64,000 nt of DNA from the human T2T-CHM13v2.0 reference genome, Homo sapiens. The translations under genes and the position numbers were made by a program. Positions 28,770 through 41,452 of the stretch are shown here, one piece after another; position 1 is the stretch's first letter; the number at the start of each line of letters is the position of its first letter. The notes beneath the pieces are model-generated. The model saw nothing but the letters and a program-made list of their open reading frames with translations, had not been told where the DNA came from and made no database searches. Where the stretch lies: NCBI RefSeq assembly GCF_009914755.1, contig NC_060926.1; one strand, written 5' to 3'.

Positions 28770-28930
28770 ATTTAGATATTTTACATGAATTGTCACTTTT
28801 TGTTCTCACAACAAGCCTGTGTATAGTTATCATCCCCATTACATGTAGAGAAAACTGAGATTAATTAACTTCCCAAAGGACACATAATTAGTAAGTTGCA
28901 GAGTCAGGATCTGAATTCAGACTGGTCTGG
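28770..28930 (-). mobile_element. MIR
   Basis: atcatccccattacatgtagagaaaactgaga...aacttcccaaaggacacata...gcagagtcaggatctgaattcag. Confidence 0.65.
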
Positions 28931-28958
28931 TCTCTTTGCAAATATACTACAGTCTCCA

Positions 28959-28990
28959 ACACACACACAAACACACACACACACACACAC
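28959..28990. repeat. Interrupted (CA)n microsatellite
   Basis: acacacacacaaacacacacacacacacacac. Confidence 0.9.
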
Positions 28991-30276
28991 ATAAGCAACC
29001 ACATTATGATCTTGTAGGACCACTCCTTCTGTCTCTGGGCTGCCATTATTTTCTCAACTACATACACCAGTAAAGGTCAATGTTTGTTCAAATTATCAGT
29101 ACACGTTTAACCCATCCACTTCTAAATGTTTGGCATTGACCCCATTGGTTGTGCTATTAGCCAGCTGGCCAGTACTCAACTCAAGCCTATCTTTCTAATC
29201 AGGCATTTTCCTAAGTTCCAGTGAGCAGAATGAGAATACAGAGATGTTCGTTTTATTTTAGAATCATTATGCCTAGACCCATGCAAGATGAAAAAGGTTT
29301 ATGAATGTGTATGGATTGATTGAGCTACACTTTAAGATCATGGTTTCCTGAGAAACGAGGATTTTCAGTGTAATTTAGAAACACTCAATGCAGGATCATG
29401 ATTAGCTGTTGGAAGTTTAGCCCCATTGTATTCAAAAAAGAGTAGATATCTAGTGAGAAAGACAACGTTCTAGAAGAGAAACTCTCAATTCTGATAACTA
29501 CTCAATGAACAGAAATACTGTCTTTACAAATTCTTTAGTTGCCTCCTTTCCCTCATTTTAATATTCAATGCATAATCATCTGGACAATGACCTTTTTAAA
29601 ATATAAAGACATCATCTCTACTTTTAATTTTAAAAAAGTTCTACCTTCCATATTTTTTCTTTCTCCCAATCTTATCATTCAGTACCATCCAATTCATTCA
29701 TTTATGTAGCTTTTCTTCAGAACCAATAAATTCTGAGCATAATTTGGCACTACTTTGTAATGATGTGTGTGTGTGTGCTGTGAGAAGTGTTAATAGATGG
29801 GGAGGAGGGAAAAGGGGTTTATAGAAGCAGAGTGAAATTTGTGGAAACTTTTCAAGTAGGAAACATTATATTTTTTCAAAGATTTGTGTTTTTTCTTATG
29901 AGTCTCCTATAAAACCCACCAAACTATTCCAGCCACCACTCTTAGCTTCTCCTATTCCAGAAACTTCTAATTTTTTTGGTTTATGAATTTTACCTGTTAC
30001 ACTCAATATTATAAAAGGTTGAATAGCTTTCTAATTAAGCTATGACACATTATTCATAACCTTAAAAGTTTAATAGCTTTACCGTATTTGATTTTAAACA
30101 CTGTCAGAGTGATGCCTTTGGAGGCACAGTCCTCGACTTCTGATAAAGCCGATCCTAACAACAGGTCACTTACTCCTGAACTTGGTCTTACGTTTTGATT
30201 CTTTGACCAACTTTCAGTACCACCAATGATTTCCTTAACTTAGGCTTGGCTGGGACCTACCATGTGTAGATAAATC

Positions 30277-30584
30277 TTTTTTTTTTTTTTTTTTTTTTTT
30301 TTTGAGATGGAGTCTTGCTCTGTCACCCAGGCTAGCGTGCAATGGCGCTATCTCTGCTCACTGAAAGCTCCGCCTGCCGGATTCATGCCATTCTCCTGCC
30401 TCAGCCTCCCGAGTAGCTGGGACTACAGGCGCCTGGCACCACGCCCGGCTAATTTTTTGTATTTTTAGTAGAGACCGGGTTTCACCGTGTTAGCCAGGAT
30501 GGTCTCGATCTCCCAACCTCGTGATCCGCCTGCCTTGGCCTCCCAAAGTGCTGGGATTACAGGCGGGAGCCACCGGGCCTGGCC
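30277..30584 (-). mobile_element. Full-length AluY with long poly-T and about 16-bp TSD
   Basis: caccgtgttagccaggatggtctcgatctc is Y-diagnostic; TSD atgtgtagataa(a/t)tct on both sides. Confidence 0.95.
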
Positions 30585-33500
30585 TATGTGTAGATAATTC
30601 TGCTCTTTCATCCTCATGATGCCACCCCTGGAAGCCAAGCTCAAGGCTGGCATACCTTGTAAGTATTTTTGAAGGCAACATATTAAAAATGGGGTTTTTA
30701 AAAAGATGGCTTAATGGGACTAGAGCTGGGTACTACTTGGCTCTCTCAGTGAGAAAACTAATGGAAAAGACCATTGCAAAAATCATAACATAATATTTGG
30801 ATAGTCAGAACTAGAATCAAATCGTGAGAAAGAGAAAATAAATAAGTGGAAAACTGAGAGATCATCCCAAGAGAAAACAACAATTCAACAGGATAGAACT
30901 TGTGTCTTTCATCCTTTCACTCAACAAAGAAGTATTGACTAATTTATGTAGTCTGAAATACTAAATACCAGGGCAAAAAAAGAAATCTGTCCAGCCTGAC
31001 CCTTTATATTTGCACATCATTAGCTCATTATATTTGTCACATATGAGGGGCTCAGTTGTAAACAACATAGCTCTTGGTACAGAATTACCAACATTTGTTG
31101 CATTAGATTAAGTCACTGGTAAATTAGATTTAGAGCATGAAAGTGAAAAGAATAAAGCAAAACAGTCTGTTGTAAAAAAATATTTCTAACCTGAGAATCA
31201 AAACATAACAAAAAAAAATCAGTGGCAACATCAAAAATAACAAAAACACTGCTTTCCTCTCAGGTGTAATCTGAGAAGAAATCAATTTAGGGAAGGGTAT
31301 TTCAGAGCTGTTGAGTTTGGGCTCATTGTGGGGCATCCGTGTACAGATGCTCTTGAAATTCAAGAAGGAAAGAGCTATATTCCTACAAAATTGTCAAATA
31401 GAGAGAGGTCTGCCGTCATATTAGAGTTTAGAAGCAGGTTTCAACTCAGGTTTTGTGCAGAGTCACTTTGACCTTGGTTCAAAGCCCAGTTTAGATATTG
31501 CAGAGACTCTGAAATGGACAAAAAATGTATAGAGTCCTCATCCATGGAATAAGGTGATGGTCTCCCCGTTGCAGCTGTTGCAGTGACTGTGAGCAACTCA
31601 GAAAGCTGCACCAGGAGGCTCCCAAGGAGTCAGGCCTGCTGCTGCTACCTTGTTATGCTTATGGGGTTTAGGATGATGTCCTCCCACCAAGCCACTTACA
31701 AGCAGGAAATTAGTAACTCCAAATAAAATATGTCCTAAAATCGTACATAGAATTGCTTTAAAAGCCTGGAAGGAATCCCAGAGCCCTCTTGTTAGCCCTG
31801 GACAGCACTAACCCCCTCTTCTGGGTGTTCCCGCAGTCTGCTCTGGCCCCATCACCAGTCACTATTGCAGTGCAGGGAGTGGTGCTGTGTTTATCTCCAC
31901 CACGTTTGATGAATTTGCGATAATTACTTTTACTCTCTGCAAAGCCTGACAGAAATTTTGACACCTAGTATGTGCTCAATTAAATTGTGTTGATGAAACA
32001 AATGAACAATAACCCGTGCCGTTATAAAGTTGAGGAATCTGAAATACAGGGAAGTGAAAAAGAGAGCACATTACTAGTGCAGGCAGAAGGCTCAGGACTC
32101 CTGGATCCCAGACCAATGGTCTTTTGCATGTAATTGCTCATGAACATAAGGAGCTTATTTCAAAAAATGTATGGATTATCTTTCAGTCCAAAGTAAATGA
32201 TTGCTTTCTTGAGCTCAGGGTCTATGTATTTGACTTTATTCTGTCTTCTCACAGCAAGAAGCACAACCATGAGTATTTAGCAGCTGATCAAAAAGCAAGT
32301 TCTGCATCAATCTGGAAATGAGTGTCAGGATAGAGAAGACTCGGCCTTCCTTTCACGACTGATTTTAGAAAGCTGTATTTTTGGTCTACTAATTATGAAG
32401 TAATGTATCTTTTAGGGTTTCATCGTGAAGAATGGGGGCAGGGTCAGATTCAAGAGTAATATTATAGTATTTATTTTTGTTATTTTCTAAGTGAAATTAT
32501 AGGTAACAAGGGGAAAAATAATTGAAGCAAAAGGCATGAGTTGTCATGTCTAAGCACCGTTGTAGGCACTCCACAAAATGTATGTTTATATCTTTTAGAC
32601 AAAGTAGGCTATTAAGTGTGCAATGCTAAGAGGAATTTTATCTCACCTCTAAATACAAGTGAATCTTTTAAGCTCCAAATCCCCACATACAGACAATTTA
32701 CCGTGGTAATCAAGACGATGCACACAATTGAACTTCAGTACCATCTGTAACTCTATTGGTATTTTAATAATAATGAATAAAAATATATGTTGGCAACAAA
32801 AAATGTTACTCGAAGTAGAATCATTTTAAAGAGTCAATGATAATTTCTCAATAGCTGTGTAGATATCATATTTACTTAGAATTCTCTGTTGTGCCTTTAC
32901 CTTGTAATTAATATGAAAGAAGACCTTCAGTATTTAACTGTATGCATATACTGAAGAACATATTATCCCCTCTTCTTTGAATTGGAAATATCAAACAAAA
33001 TGCTTGTCCATGCAAATATTAATAAGGAAATGAATGTTTCTTTTATTTTTCTCTTCTTACCTTTTTTCTTTTGCCTTTTTTCTGTTTGTTTGACTTCTGC
33101 CCCCTGGGTGGGTAGGGTTTATCTAGGGGAGAGTATTGAAGATGAATAGAAGAAAGGCAAAAAAAAAAAAAAAAAAGAAGAGAAATTCAAATTATCCTGA
33201 AAGTTATAAACTACTCTTCATCAATGTTTTTCTGTTGTCCAGGAAATAAAATAATGTCTTTCACTTCGCAGAAAAAAGATCATCCATTATAACAGTTGTT
33301 ATAAATAATACTACTACTAATGGTTACCTGCCTTCTGCAAAGGTGCCAGAAAACTGGACTAGGGCCACCTACAAACAGTAAGGAAACCTGAATTTTGCTT
33401 CCAGCTGGTCAAATAATTAACTGAATAATCTTGGGCAGTCCTGTCATCTCCCTAAGCTCCCCCCAAACCCTTATATATAAAGTGAAAGGCTTGGAACCTG

Positions 33501-33803
33501 TAATTTCTGAAGTTCCTCCTGGTTCAGAAATCCTCTTAAATCTGTGAATGTAAAGCAAAGTTACGCAAACAGGACTGGGAGTATTTAAACAGCTACTGGA
33601 TGGAAAGAGCTAAGGTGCTTTTGGTTATACCCACAGAAGTAGATTTTTATCTGGGGGGATGATGGGAGCTAGTGGTGGCCTTTACATTATAAAGAAAAGG
33701 AGTACAGATGACAGCAAAGTTATTTGTTGAAGAAAAATGGGGAATCAAAAATATATATGAAAAAGGATTTGCATTTTAAAAACAGACTTTTATTGCATCA
33801 GAG

Positions 33804-34469
33804 TTTTTTTTTAAGTTTAAAAAATTCTTTTTTTTTAAATTATTATTATACTTTAAGTTTCAGGGTACATGTGCACAACGTGCGGGTTTGTTACATATGT
33901 ATACATGTGCCATGTTGGTGTGCTGCACCCATTAACTCGTCATTTAGCATTAGGTATATCTCCTAATGCTATTCCTCCCACCTCCTCCCACCCCACAACA
34001 GTCCCCGGTGTGTGATATTCCCCTTCCTTTGTCCATGTGTTCTCATTGTTCAATTCCCACCTATGAGTGAGAACATGCGGTGTTTGGTTTTTTGTCCTTG
34101 CGATAATTTGCTGAGAATGATAGTTTCCAGCTTCATCCATGTCCCTACAAAGGACATGAACTCATCATTTTTTATGGCTGCATAGTATTCCATGGTGTAT
34201 ATGTGCCACATTTTCTTAATCCAGTCTATCATTGATGGACATTTGAGTTGGTTCCAAGTCTTTGTTATTGTGAATAGTGCCTCAATAAACATACGTGTGC
34301 ATGTGTCTTTATAGCAGCATGATTTATAATCCTTTGGGTATATACCCAGTAATGGGATGGCTGGGTCAAATGGTATTTCTAGTTCTAGATCCCTGAGGAA
34401 TCGCCACACCAACTTCCACAATGGTTAAACTAGTTTACGGTCCCACCAACAGTGTAAAAGTGTTCCTAT
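33804..34469 (-). mobile_element. 5'-truncated young L1 (L1PA2/3-like): ORF2p C-terminus plus 3' UTR, TSD ATCAGAGTTTT
   Basis: ORF 34050-34421 (-) ends ...GTWMKLETIILSKLSQGQKTKHRMFSLIGGN*, the L1 ORF2p C-terminus; TSD at 33797-33807 and 34468-34478. Confidence 0.95.
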
Positions 34470-35598
34470 CAGAGTTTTGCTATAACTCTTTTGGAGAAAA
34501 GACCCATGAAAAAGCTTTTAAAGATCTCATTTTGAAAATACTAGGCCAATGCATCTGTGAAATTTGGTTCATTCTTGGAAAGTGATTCCTGGGAAATCAA
34601 TATAGTCTATCCCAAGTTGTGTGTCCCATTGGAAGTGAGTATGAGAGAAGCCTTTTAGTCTCTCATTATATTTTTTTCTTAAAATTCAAATACCTATCTT
34701 CAGACCCCAGTTTCTTCACCGCTTCTTCTTTTCTACATTAAACACTAATGAATATTCACATACACTTTTGGAGGAACAGAGTGATGGATTCAGCATTGTT
34801 CAGACACACTGTTAGAAGTCTGAGATGCATGTGGAGCATGAAATTGAAGGAGAGCACAGGTTTGCTTATTGAAGGCTGCAGGAGCACTGAGGGAGATAAC
34901 ATGTTCTTTCCTTGCTCCCCAGCCATGTGCTTGGGGTAGTACTGACCCAGTCTCCACAATGCTGCAGACCTGCAGAGGAGAGAATGAAGGCGCAATGTCA
35001 TCTTTATGCAGGCTCGTGTCTTCACCCATTTTATTACCCCTCCACTTCACCTTATCCTGTTCATCTGGCCAGTTGTAAACCTTTAATGTGAATGAGCTAT
35101 TTATGATACCAATTTGTGGGCAAGTTTTGTGGAAGAGAAAAAAGATCCCAGAAATAAAATCATTAAAATATTTGCTCTCAAATGTAGCAGATATTACTGG
35201 GCAATTCATATACTGCTTCCTATTCTCATTACGGGCTTTATACTTAAAAGGGGACATTTTCCCATCTATTCTTATTCCATCTTTAAAATGACTCTATGGC
35301 TGGATATGATGAAAATGACTATTTTGCAGACAGTGAAAATAAAACTTAGTATACCTGAATGTATTATCTGGAATCATCCAATCAAGAGAAGAAACAAATC
35401 TAGGAAAAAGGAATCTCCAAGCTCTAACCCTCAATATGCTTTCCACTAATGCAGCCTATCACAAATCACAAAACAAAACAAACAAGTTTATTGTTCTCAT
35501 TTATGCTAGATCATTCTTCCTTTGCTTTAAGAATCTGATACATATTTTAAAAAATACAGACATTTGAATTTAGAATGGTTCTATCATCAAACCCTTAA

Positions 35599-35728
35599 CC
35601 TGTTTATGCTTGAGGTTGCAATTTTTTGAATTTTTGCAATCAGACCTTGGCGACAACCTTGAGCAGTAGGATATAGATAACTCCCACATGCTTAGCGTTC
35701 CAATAATGGAACATTAGGCAAAAATAGG
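35599..35728 (-). mobile_element. MER85 (non-autonomous piggyBac/PGBD3 MITE)
   Basis: TTAA at 35595-35598; degenerate TIRs CCTGTTTATGC / GCAAAAATAGG; internal gcaatcagaccttggcga...cttgagcagtaggatat...ataactcccacatgcttagcgttccaataatggaac matches MER85. Confidence 0.9.
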
Positions 35729-36618
35729 CTTCCATTCCCGTTTACTAGGCTAATTTCATAAGAGACTTGCTCTCTCTTCAACGTAAGCGAGGTTGCCAAA
35801 GTGGTTCATGTGAGACAGAAGTGACAGAGGAAAAGATTTATCTGCTTTTGGGGGCAGGGAGTGATTTCTTCCTTTTAGATTTGAGATTTTTCCATTCTTA
35901 TTACTTTTAGGGACAGGAGATCAAAAGTTCAGATATGTTTCCCAAAAAGCCACTGTTCAAATGCATAGGGTCTATGAGGAAAGGGCTGCTGAAAAATCTT
36001 CCTTGGATCTTTCCATTAGCATAAATCTATGGATTGACTAATTTCCAAAGTGGAACAACTGTCCCTGGAAACTGAGATACAAGGCAGACATCTTTCAGAG
36101 GAGAAAACGGACAGTAGGGAATGGCAGTTATTGCCACAAGTTAATGGGCTCTGGAAGCTTAGTTCTCCTGGAGGTCAGCACCTCATGATGGAGGGGATTG
36201 CACAGGTCTGGAAGAACAAAACTTATCACTTGCCTGAGAGTCTGGACTGATAGATACCAATTTTACTGGTTCGCTGTAATCATAGTGAAAGTCTCCTAAA
36301 TTTCCTCATCAGTTTATTTATTTGTTTACATCTCTATATTTCTCAATGGCCTCAGAGCTCCTTGAGGTCTAGACTTTATTTTACCCAAAGCTATCCTGAT
36401 TGCCTCTCTGAGAATATGCACAAAATGAGACTTTATAAATATTGGTTGGACTGAATTAATTTGAAATGATTAGGTTACTTCTACTATTCCATGATCATTT
36501 TAACAATTTATATATGAATGCGAAGATTACCAAAAAAGAAAAAGAAGAGAAAAATAAATTCCAGAGTTGTTTCTTGAGCAATGTATGGTTGAGTTGACTT
36601 GAAACATATACAGGGGTA

Positions 36619-37232
36619 CAGTCAATTCTGCTACAACACAATATATGCATTTGTAAAAATGGCTTGCTAATTGTACAATAAAAATTTTATAAGAAAAGAT
36701 TTAGGGGAGAAGTAGGGTTAGGAGTACAATACTCAAAAATTTCATCAGTCACACATAAGACTATAAAAACCTAATAAAATAGTAGCAGAGTTGTATACAT
36801 GCTCAGTGTCTAATAAATACATAACTACTATATACAATAGCTATAATACTTTATGTTAAAAAGAGCTACAACTTTCCAGTGGAAGTGGGTGTCAGAAAAG
36901 CTGTGATTTCTTGTTAAGTAGTGGAGAGAGTGTTACCTGAAATAGGAGGATGGTTATATCTACACATCTGGATGGATGAGGCTTAGAAGGCTTCTGTGAA
37001 TGTAGATACCGTATTGATGCTTAAGACCTATATATGTGTTTGTGTGTGTGTGGTTTGTATTTTTCTATGGGGCTCACTTTTTTTCCACATTCATCTGATG
37101 CTTCTTGATGACAAAACAGGCATACGTACATGCAAGATCTGCATTACGTTGAATATAATTTAATAAGTGATTATTATATGTTTTTTTCTAATATATAAAT
37201 AATGCAACAAATATGTGACTTTAAACAAGTGC
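36619..37232. mobile_element. Tigger (Tigger8-like) TcMar DNA transposon remnant
   Basis: TA|CAGTCAATTCTGCTACAAC terminus; actcaaaaatttcatcagtcacacat and gtggaagtgggtgtcagaa resemble recalled Tigger8. Confidence 0.65.
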
Positions 37233-37992
37233 TTTGAGGTATGTATGCACCTTCTGTCACCTGTATCTTCTGCCAGAGGTAAAATGGTAGTGATCTGCTT
37301 TCTGTTCACCAAATGACCATAACTGCCGAGAAACCATATCTGCGATTTTTATGTTATTCTTCTTCAGTGAGGATCTGGCTCGGTTTTGTATTTGTCAAAT
37401 ACCTCAAAATATTTTTCAACATTTGTATTTGGGAAAAACTCAAAATACACTTTGCCAGTTGATTTTTTAATACACTTAATGAACAATAATTTAATCCTTG
37501 TGTTTCTAATTAATTTTCCTGCAGTTAGTTAAAATACTGCTAAGAATTTGCTGAATAAATAAGCTTAATACTATGTAAATGTTCTTTAAAAAAAAAAAGA
37601 AATCAAACCAATTCTTCCTGAGAGCCTTTACTACCATGAAGTTTACCTTCAAACTAAACGGCACATTTTAAATTTGTTTTGAGTGAGGTATGTCTAGATT
37701 TCATGAAGTCATTGTTCAATGTCCTATGAAATTAAATGTGTACAAGACAAAAAATAGGAAAAGAATATTGGTAATAGTATACTGACTAATTGGCTGGTAG
37801 ATTGACTGATCGATCCTGCCTCCCATTCTTTCCTTTCTTATTTCATTAGCTCACGATCCCATTCTTTCAACAAACCTTTATCAAAGGCTTGTTATGTACC
37901 AGATTCTCTGCTAGGGTCCCACAAAATGTGTGTCACCCAATGGAAAATACAAACAGATAAGTGAATTATTACAAAAAATTTAGATGACCAAT

Positions 37993-38334
37993 TGTCTTAG
38001 ACCATTTTGTATTGCTATAACAGAATGCCTGAGACTGAGCAATTTATAAGGAACAGAAATTTATTGGTTTACAGTTCTAAAGGCTGGGAAGTTGAATATC
38101 AAGGTTCTGGTATCTGGTGAGAGCTCTCTTGTTGCATCATCATATGGCAGAAGACGAGAATGAGAGAGAGAACCCACTCCTGAAAGCTTTTTTATTAAAG
38201 CTGTAAACCTAAGCCAGTGAGGGTGGAGCCCTCACAGCCTAATCATCTCTGAAAGGCCCCAACACTTAATATTGTTACAATGACATTAGATCTCATCATG
38301 AGTTTGGGAAATGACAAAAATTCCAACCATGGCA
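37993..38334 (-). mobile_element. MST (MSTD-like) MaLR solo LTR, inserted in an L2 remnant
   Basis: TGTCTTAG...AACCATGGCA; gagggtggagccctcacagcctaatcatctc; near TSD ccaat/acaat. Confidence 0.85.
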
Positions 38335-38844
38335 ACAATATACTAAGAGTGAAGAGCAGTTCCTTTCCATGAGATTGGATGGTCAGGATATCAGTGTCAA
38401 CCCGGAGGGGTATATCTACCTTCTCAAGACAAGCATCTTTGCTCATGGCCCCACCCTGTCCCACATTTGGGCCTCATCAAAGAATCCTTAGAAAGAATAC
38501 TTTCCACATTTAGGATAGGTTGGAAGGATAGCTGTTGAAGTAAATACCAGATTCAGAATATACAAGATCTAGGACTATTCACTACTGCTTCACGGAATAG
38601 AAATAAGTTCTCAGAATAAGTAAATTGTTTTCTGAAGACTTTCACACAACTGGGAATAAGATATTTTAAGTTATCCTACTCCTCTAGACACAATTATTAC
38701 GGGAGCTCTTAGGAACTGAAGATGGGAGAGTAGTCAAACAATGTTTCCCCCTTTTAATCATCTCGCTTCTTATAGAATAATCTTGATGGCAATAATTTGA
38801 GGGTTTGCTCAAGTGGCTTATTGAAGAAATGTAGCTAGTTGGGT

Positions 38845-39065
38845 TTTTGAGTCAGACAAATCTAGGTGACAATTCTGGCTGCGCTATTTTCTAGCATTGA
38901 GACCTTGGACAATCTGCTTGACATTTTTGAACTTAATTTTCCTCATCTGTGAAAGAAAGCTGGACCTGTCCTTCAGGGGTGCTGTGAGGAGTAGATGCAG
39001 TAACACATGGAAACCGGGAGTACCTGACCTTGTTCAGAGCAGGTGGTTAATAAATGATGGTAGTT
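38845..39065 (+). mobile_element. MIR about 80 bp upstream of the exon-2 acceptor
   Basis: gagtcagac...gaccttggacaa...ttttcctcatctgtgaaa...taataaatg. Confidence 0.65.
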
Positions 39066-39146
39066 AATTTCTCAACTTCTCTTCTTATGGAATGTTTCTT
39101 GCTAATAGAATCTGGTCTCTCTCCCTCTGTCCTCCTATCATTATAG

Positions 39147-39251
39147 ACAACTGTGATGATCCACTAGCATCCCTGCTCTCTCCAATGGCTTTTTCCAGTT
39201 CCTCAGACCTCACTGGCACTCACAGCCCAGCTCAACTCAACTGGAGAGTTG
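39147..39251 (+). CDS. CNTNAP5: CNTNAP5 internal coding exon (likely exon 2), start of the F5/8 type C (discoidin) domain; 105 nt, phase 1-1
   Basis: Polypyrimidine tract (ctctctccctctgtcctcct) plus TAG acceptor ending 39146; consensus donor G|GTAAGT at 39252. Translates (Y)[34 protein letters not shown](G), which I recognise as human Caspr5 just after the signal peptide. Confidence 0.95.
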
Positions 39252-40439
39252 GTAAGTAGGCTGACTGAAATCCTAATGCCAAGCACTAAATAATTACGTG
39301 GTGGGTAGGTGAAGGAGAGTGAGCACTCTCAGACACTGAAATCATGTCCAATGGCCGTCTTCAGGAAAATATTTACGAGGAGAGGAGTGAAAATCTAATG
39401 TAAGCATACTTCCATAGCATAATAGTCATTCAAAGTATGCTGACTTGTGTTCACCCAAATCACAGTATCCTTTTTTGATTATCACGAGAGGTCTTTGTGA
39501 AAATTACTTTATAAAAAGCACTTGCTTTATTTTTATATTTCCATAGCTAACATAAATAGATATAAAACATGTTTTATAATAAAATATTTATAATGAATGT
39601 TTATTAAATTTTCTTTCAATAAGTTTAATTTTACTTGAAAATTAATATTGCTGATTTTTAAAATACAAAAATACTATTAATTGAAAGTAAGAAAATATAA
39701 ATAATCTGTTATTCTACCAGCTAGAAATAACTGTAGTTAAGTATATGGTGTTTATCTTTAACATCTGTGTGAAGTAAGAGCACCTCCTTAACTAATCTCT
39801 CATATGAAATGTTGTTAACAAATATGATGTTGGATATCTAGGCAGATACGTTTTAGTCAGATTTGGATGTTGACTTTTCTAATGCATAGATACATAGGTA
39901 GATAAATACTGCAAAAGAGATTTGAATTATTTCAATTTTTAAGGACTTTTAGGTATCTGATAGTATCTTAATATCTACTAAATATTATAAACTTTTCCTA
40001 GGTCAAGAAAAGCGTGTATGCAATTTAAAGAGAGCTACGGGTCTATTAGAGTTTATATTATTTAATTTTGAGTATATTTTCCATTGATATCTTAAGTAGG
40101 TTACATTAGCAGGTTTTTGCAATATTGAACCATCTTTGCATTCTGGAATAAGTTCTAATTGGTCGTTGTGTTTTTTTTTTTTACACGCTAACTAATTTAA
40201 TTTGTTAACACTTGAATTTATAATTTTAATCTCCATTATTAGTGAGATTGATTTATAGTTTTTGCTTGTATGTTTGTTTCCTGTTTGTCTTGTACTTCAT
40301 TTCACCAGTTTTCTATTAAAATGGGATTCATAATTTAAAAGTTAGCAAGTGTCACTGGTTTGTTGAGAAAGCTGTTTAAGAATAATATTCTAAAAACAAA
40401 AGAATGGCCAAAGATTCAACAGGAAAATTTCAATTAAAA

Positions 40440-40890
40440 TTTTGTACTAATGTCCTTTGCTGAATATTCTGTGCCAAAAATTTGATTAAGCATTTTAGTT
40501 TTATTATGATATTTAGTCCTCACAAAGTTGTTGCGAGCATTATTACCTTTTACCTTCAGGTAGGGTTCCTGAGGCATCAGTTTCCCAAGACAGAAAAACT
40601 AGTCTGGGGAAATGCTTGCATTCAAACCTAGGTTATCTGAATTCAAAGTTCGTGTTTATATTCATCCCGTTAACAAATCGCTTCACTAGTACAGATTGAA
40701 AAGGGGTGTAGCAGCAAGAAAATAAAAACTAATCAATCAACCACAGTTCAAATGCGGGCTATGCCACTTAAAAACTCTCTGACTGTGCACAAGTCACTTA
40801 CCTCTGCCAACCTCAGTTTTTTATCTGTAAAGTGGCCCAGGAATGTCTGCCTTGCAACATTATGTGCAGATTAAGATCAGACTTGCATAT
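40440..40890. mobile_element. Two oppositely oriented MIR fragments (about 40440-40660 -, about 40720-40890 +)
   Basis: attcaaacctaggttatctgaattcaaag (antisense); gttcaaatgcgggctatgccactt...aagtcacttacctct...cctcagttttttatctgtaaa (sense). Confidence 0.55.
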
Positions 40891-41452
40891 CCAAAATATC
40901 TTTCTTACAGCAGGGTAGAGAACTGAACTGGAGCAGGAAGCCCACTTTCCATTTCAGGAAGAAACACAGGTTGGCAGAATTTAACACGGTTTCCAACAGA
41001 GCTTCCAGAGAAAGGAGTTGTCTCGATCCCACCCAAATTGTGCAGCAGCAGAAAGCAATTACTACTGCCTAATAGCTCCTGAGCAGTTTCTGGGGGAAGC
41101 TGTGGGTCTGATCACAGGCCGGCTCTCTCCCTGACAGACAGATATTGAGTGAGGACAAGTGTCTTTGCTCCAACTTATTATAATTTTTCGGCTCACCGGG
41201 GAATTTGAGTGCCTGAATCCAAGGCTAGCATAAATGTACAGAGAGGTTCACTTTTCTTCCGTTTCCCAACAAGAGTCTAAATCAGAAAGGCCAAGCAGAA
41301 GACATAGTGATACAGTTGGGATGCACTGACCTAGAACTCATCCTCTAGTGCATATTCCAAGACTCCCAAGGGGGACAGCCTCTCCTTTACTCACCGAGGC
41401 CCAACCACGGCCCTCAGTGGGAATTAAACACTGGCTCAGGGAGATACGGTAT

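Noticed and set aside
32925-32956. 9-bp inverted repeat CTTCAGTAT...ATACTGAAG (and TTATAACA-GT-TGTTATAA near 33287)
   Set aside because: Short stems in AT-rich DNA are expected by chance, and there are no TE or RNA-gene hallmarks.
34050-34421. 123-aa ORF with real protein-like content
   Set aside because: It is the C-terminus of L1 ORF2p in a 5'-truncated L1PA with no promoter; not a host gene.
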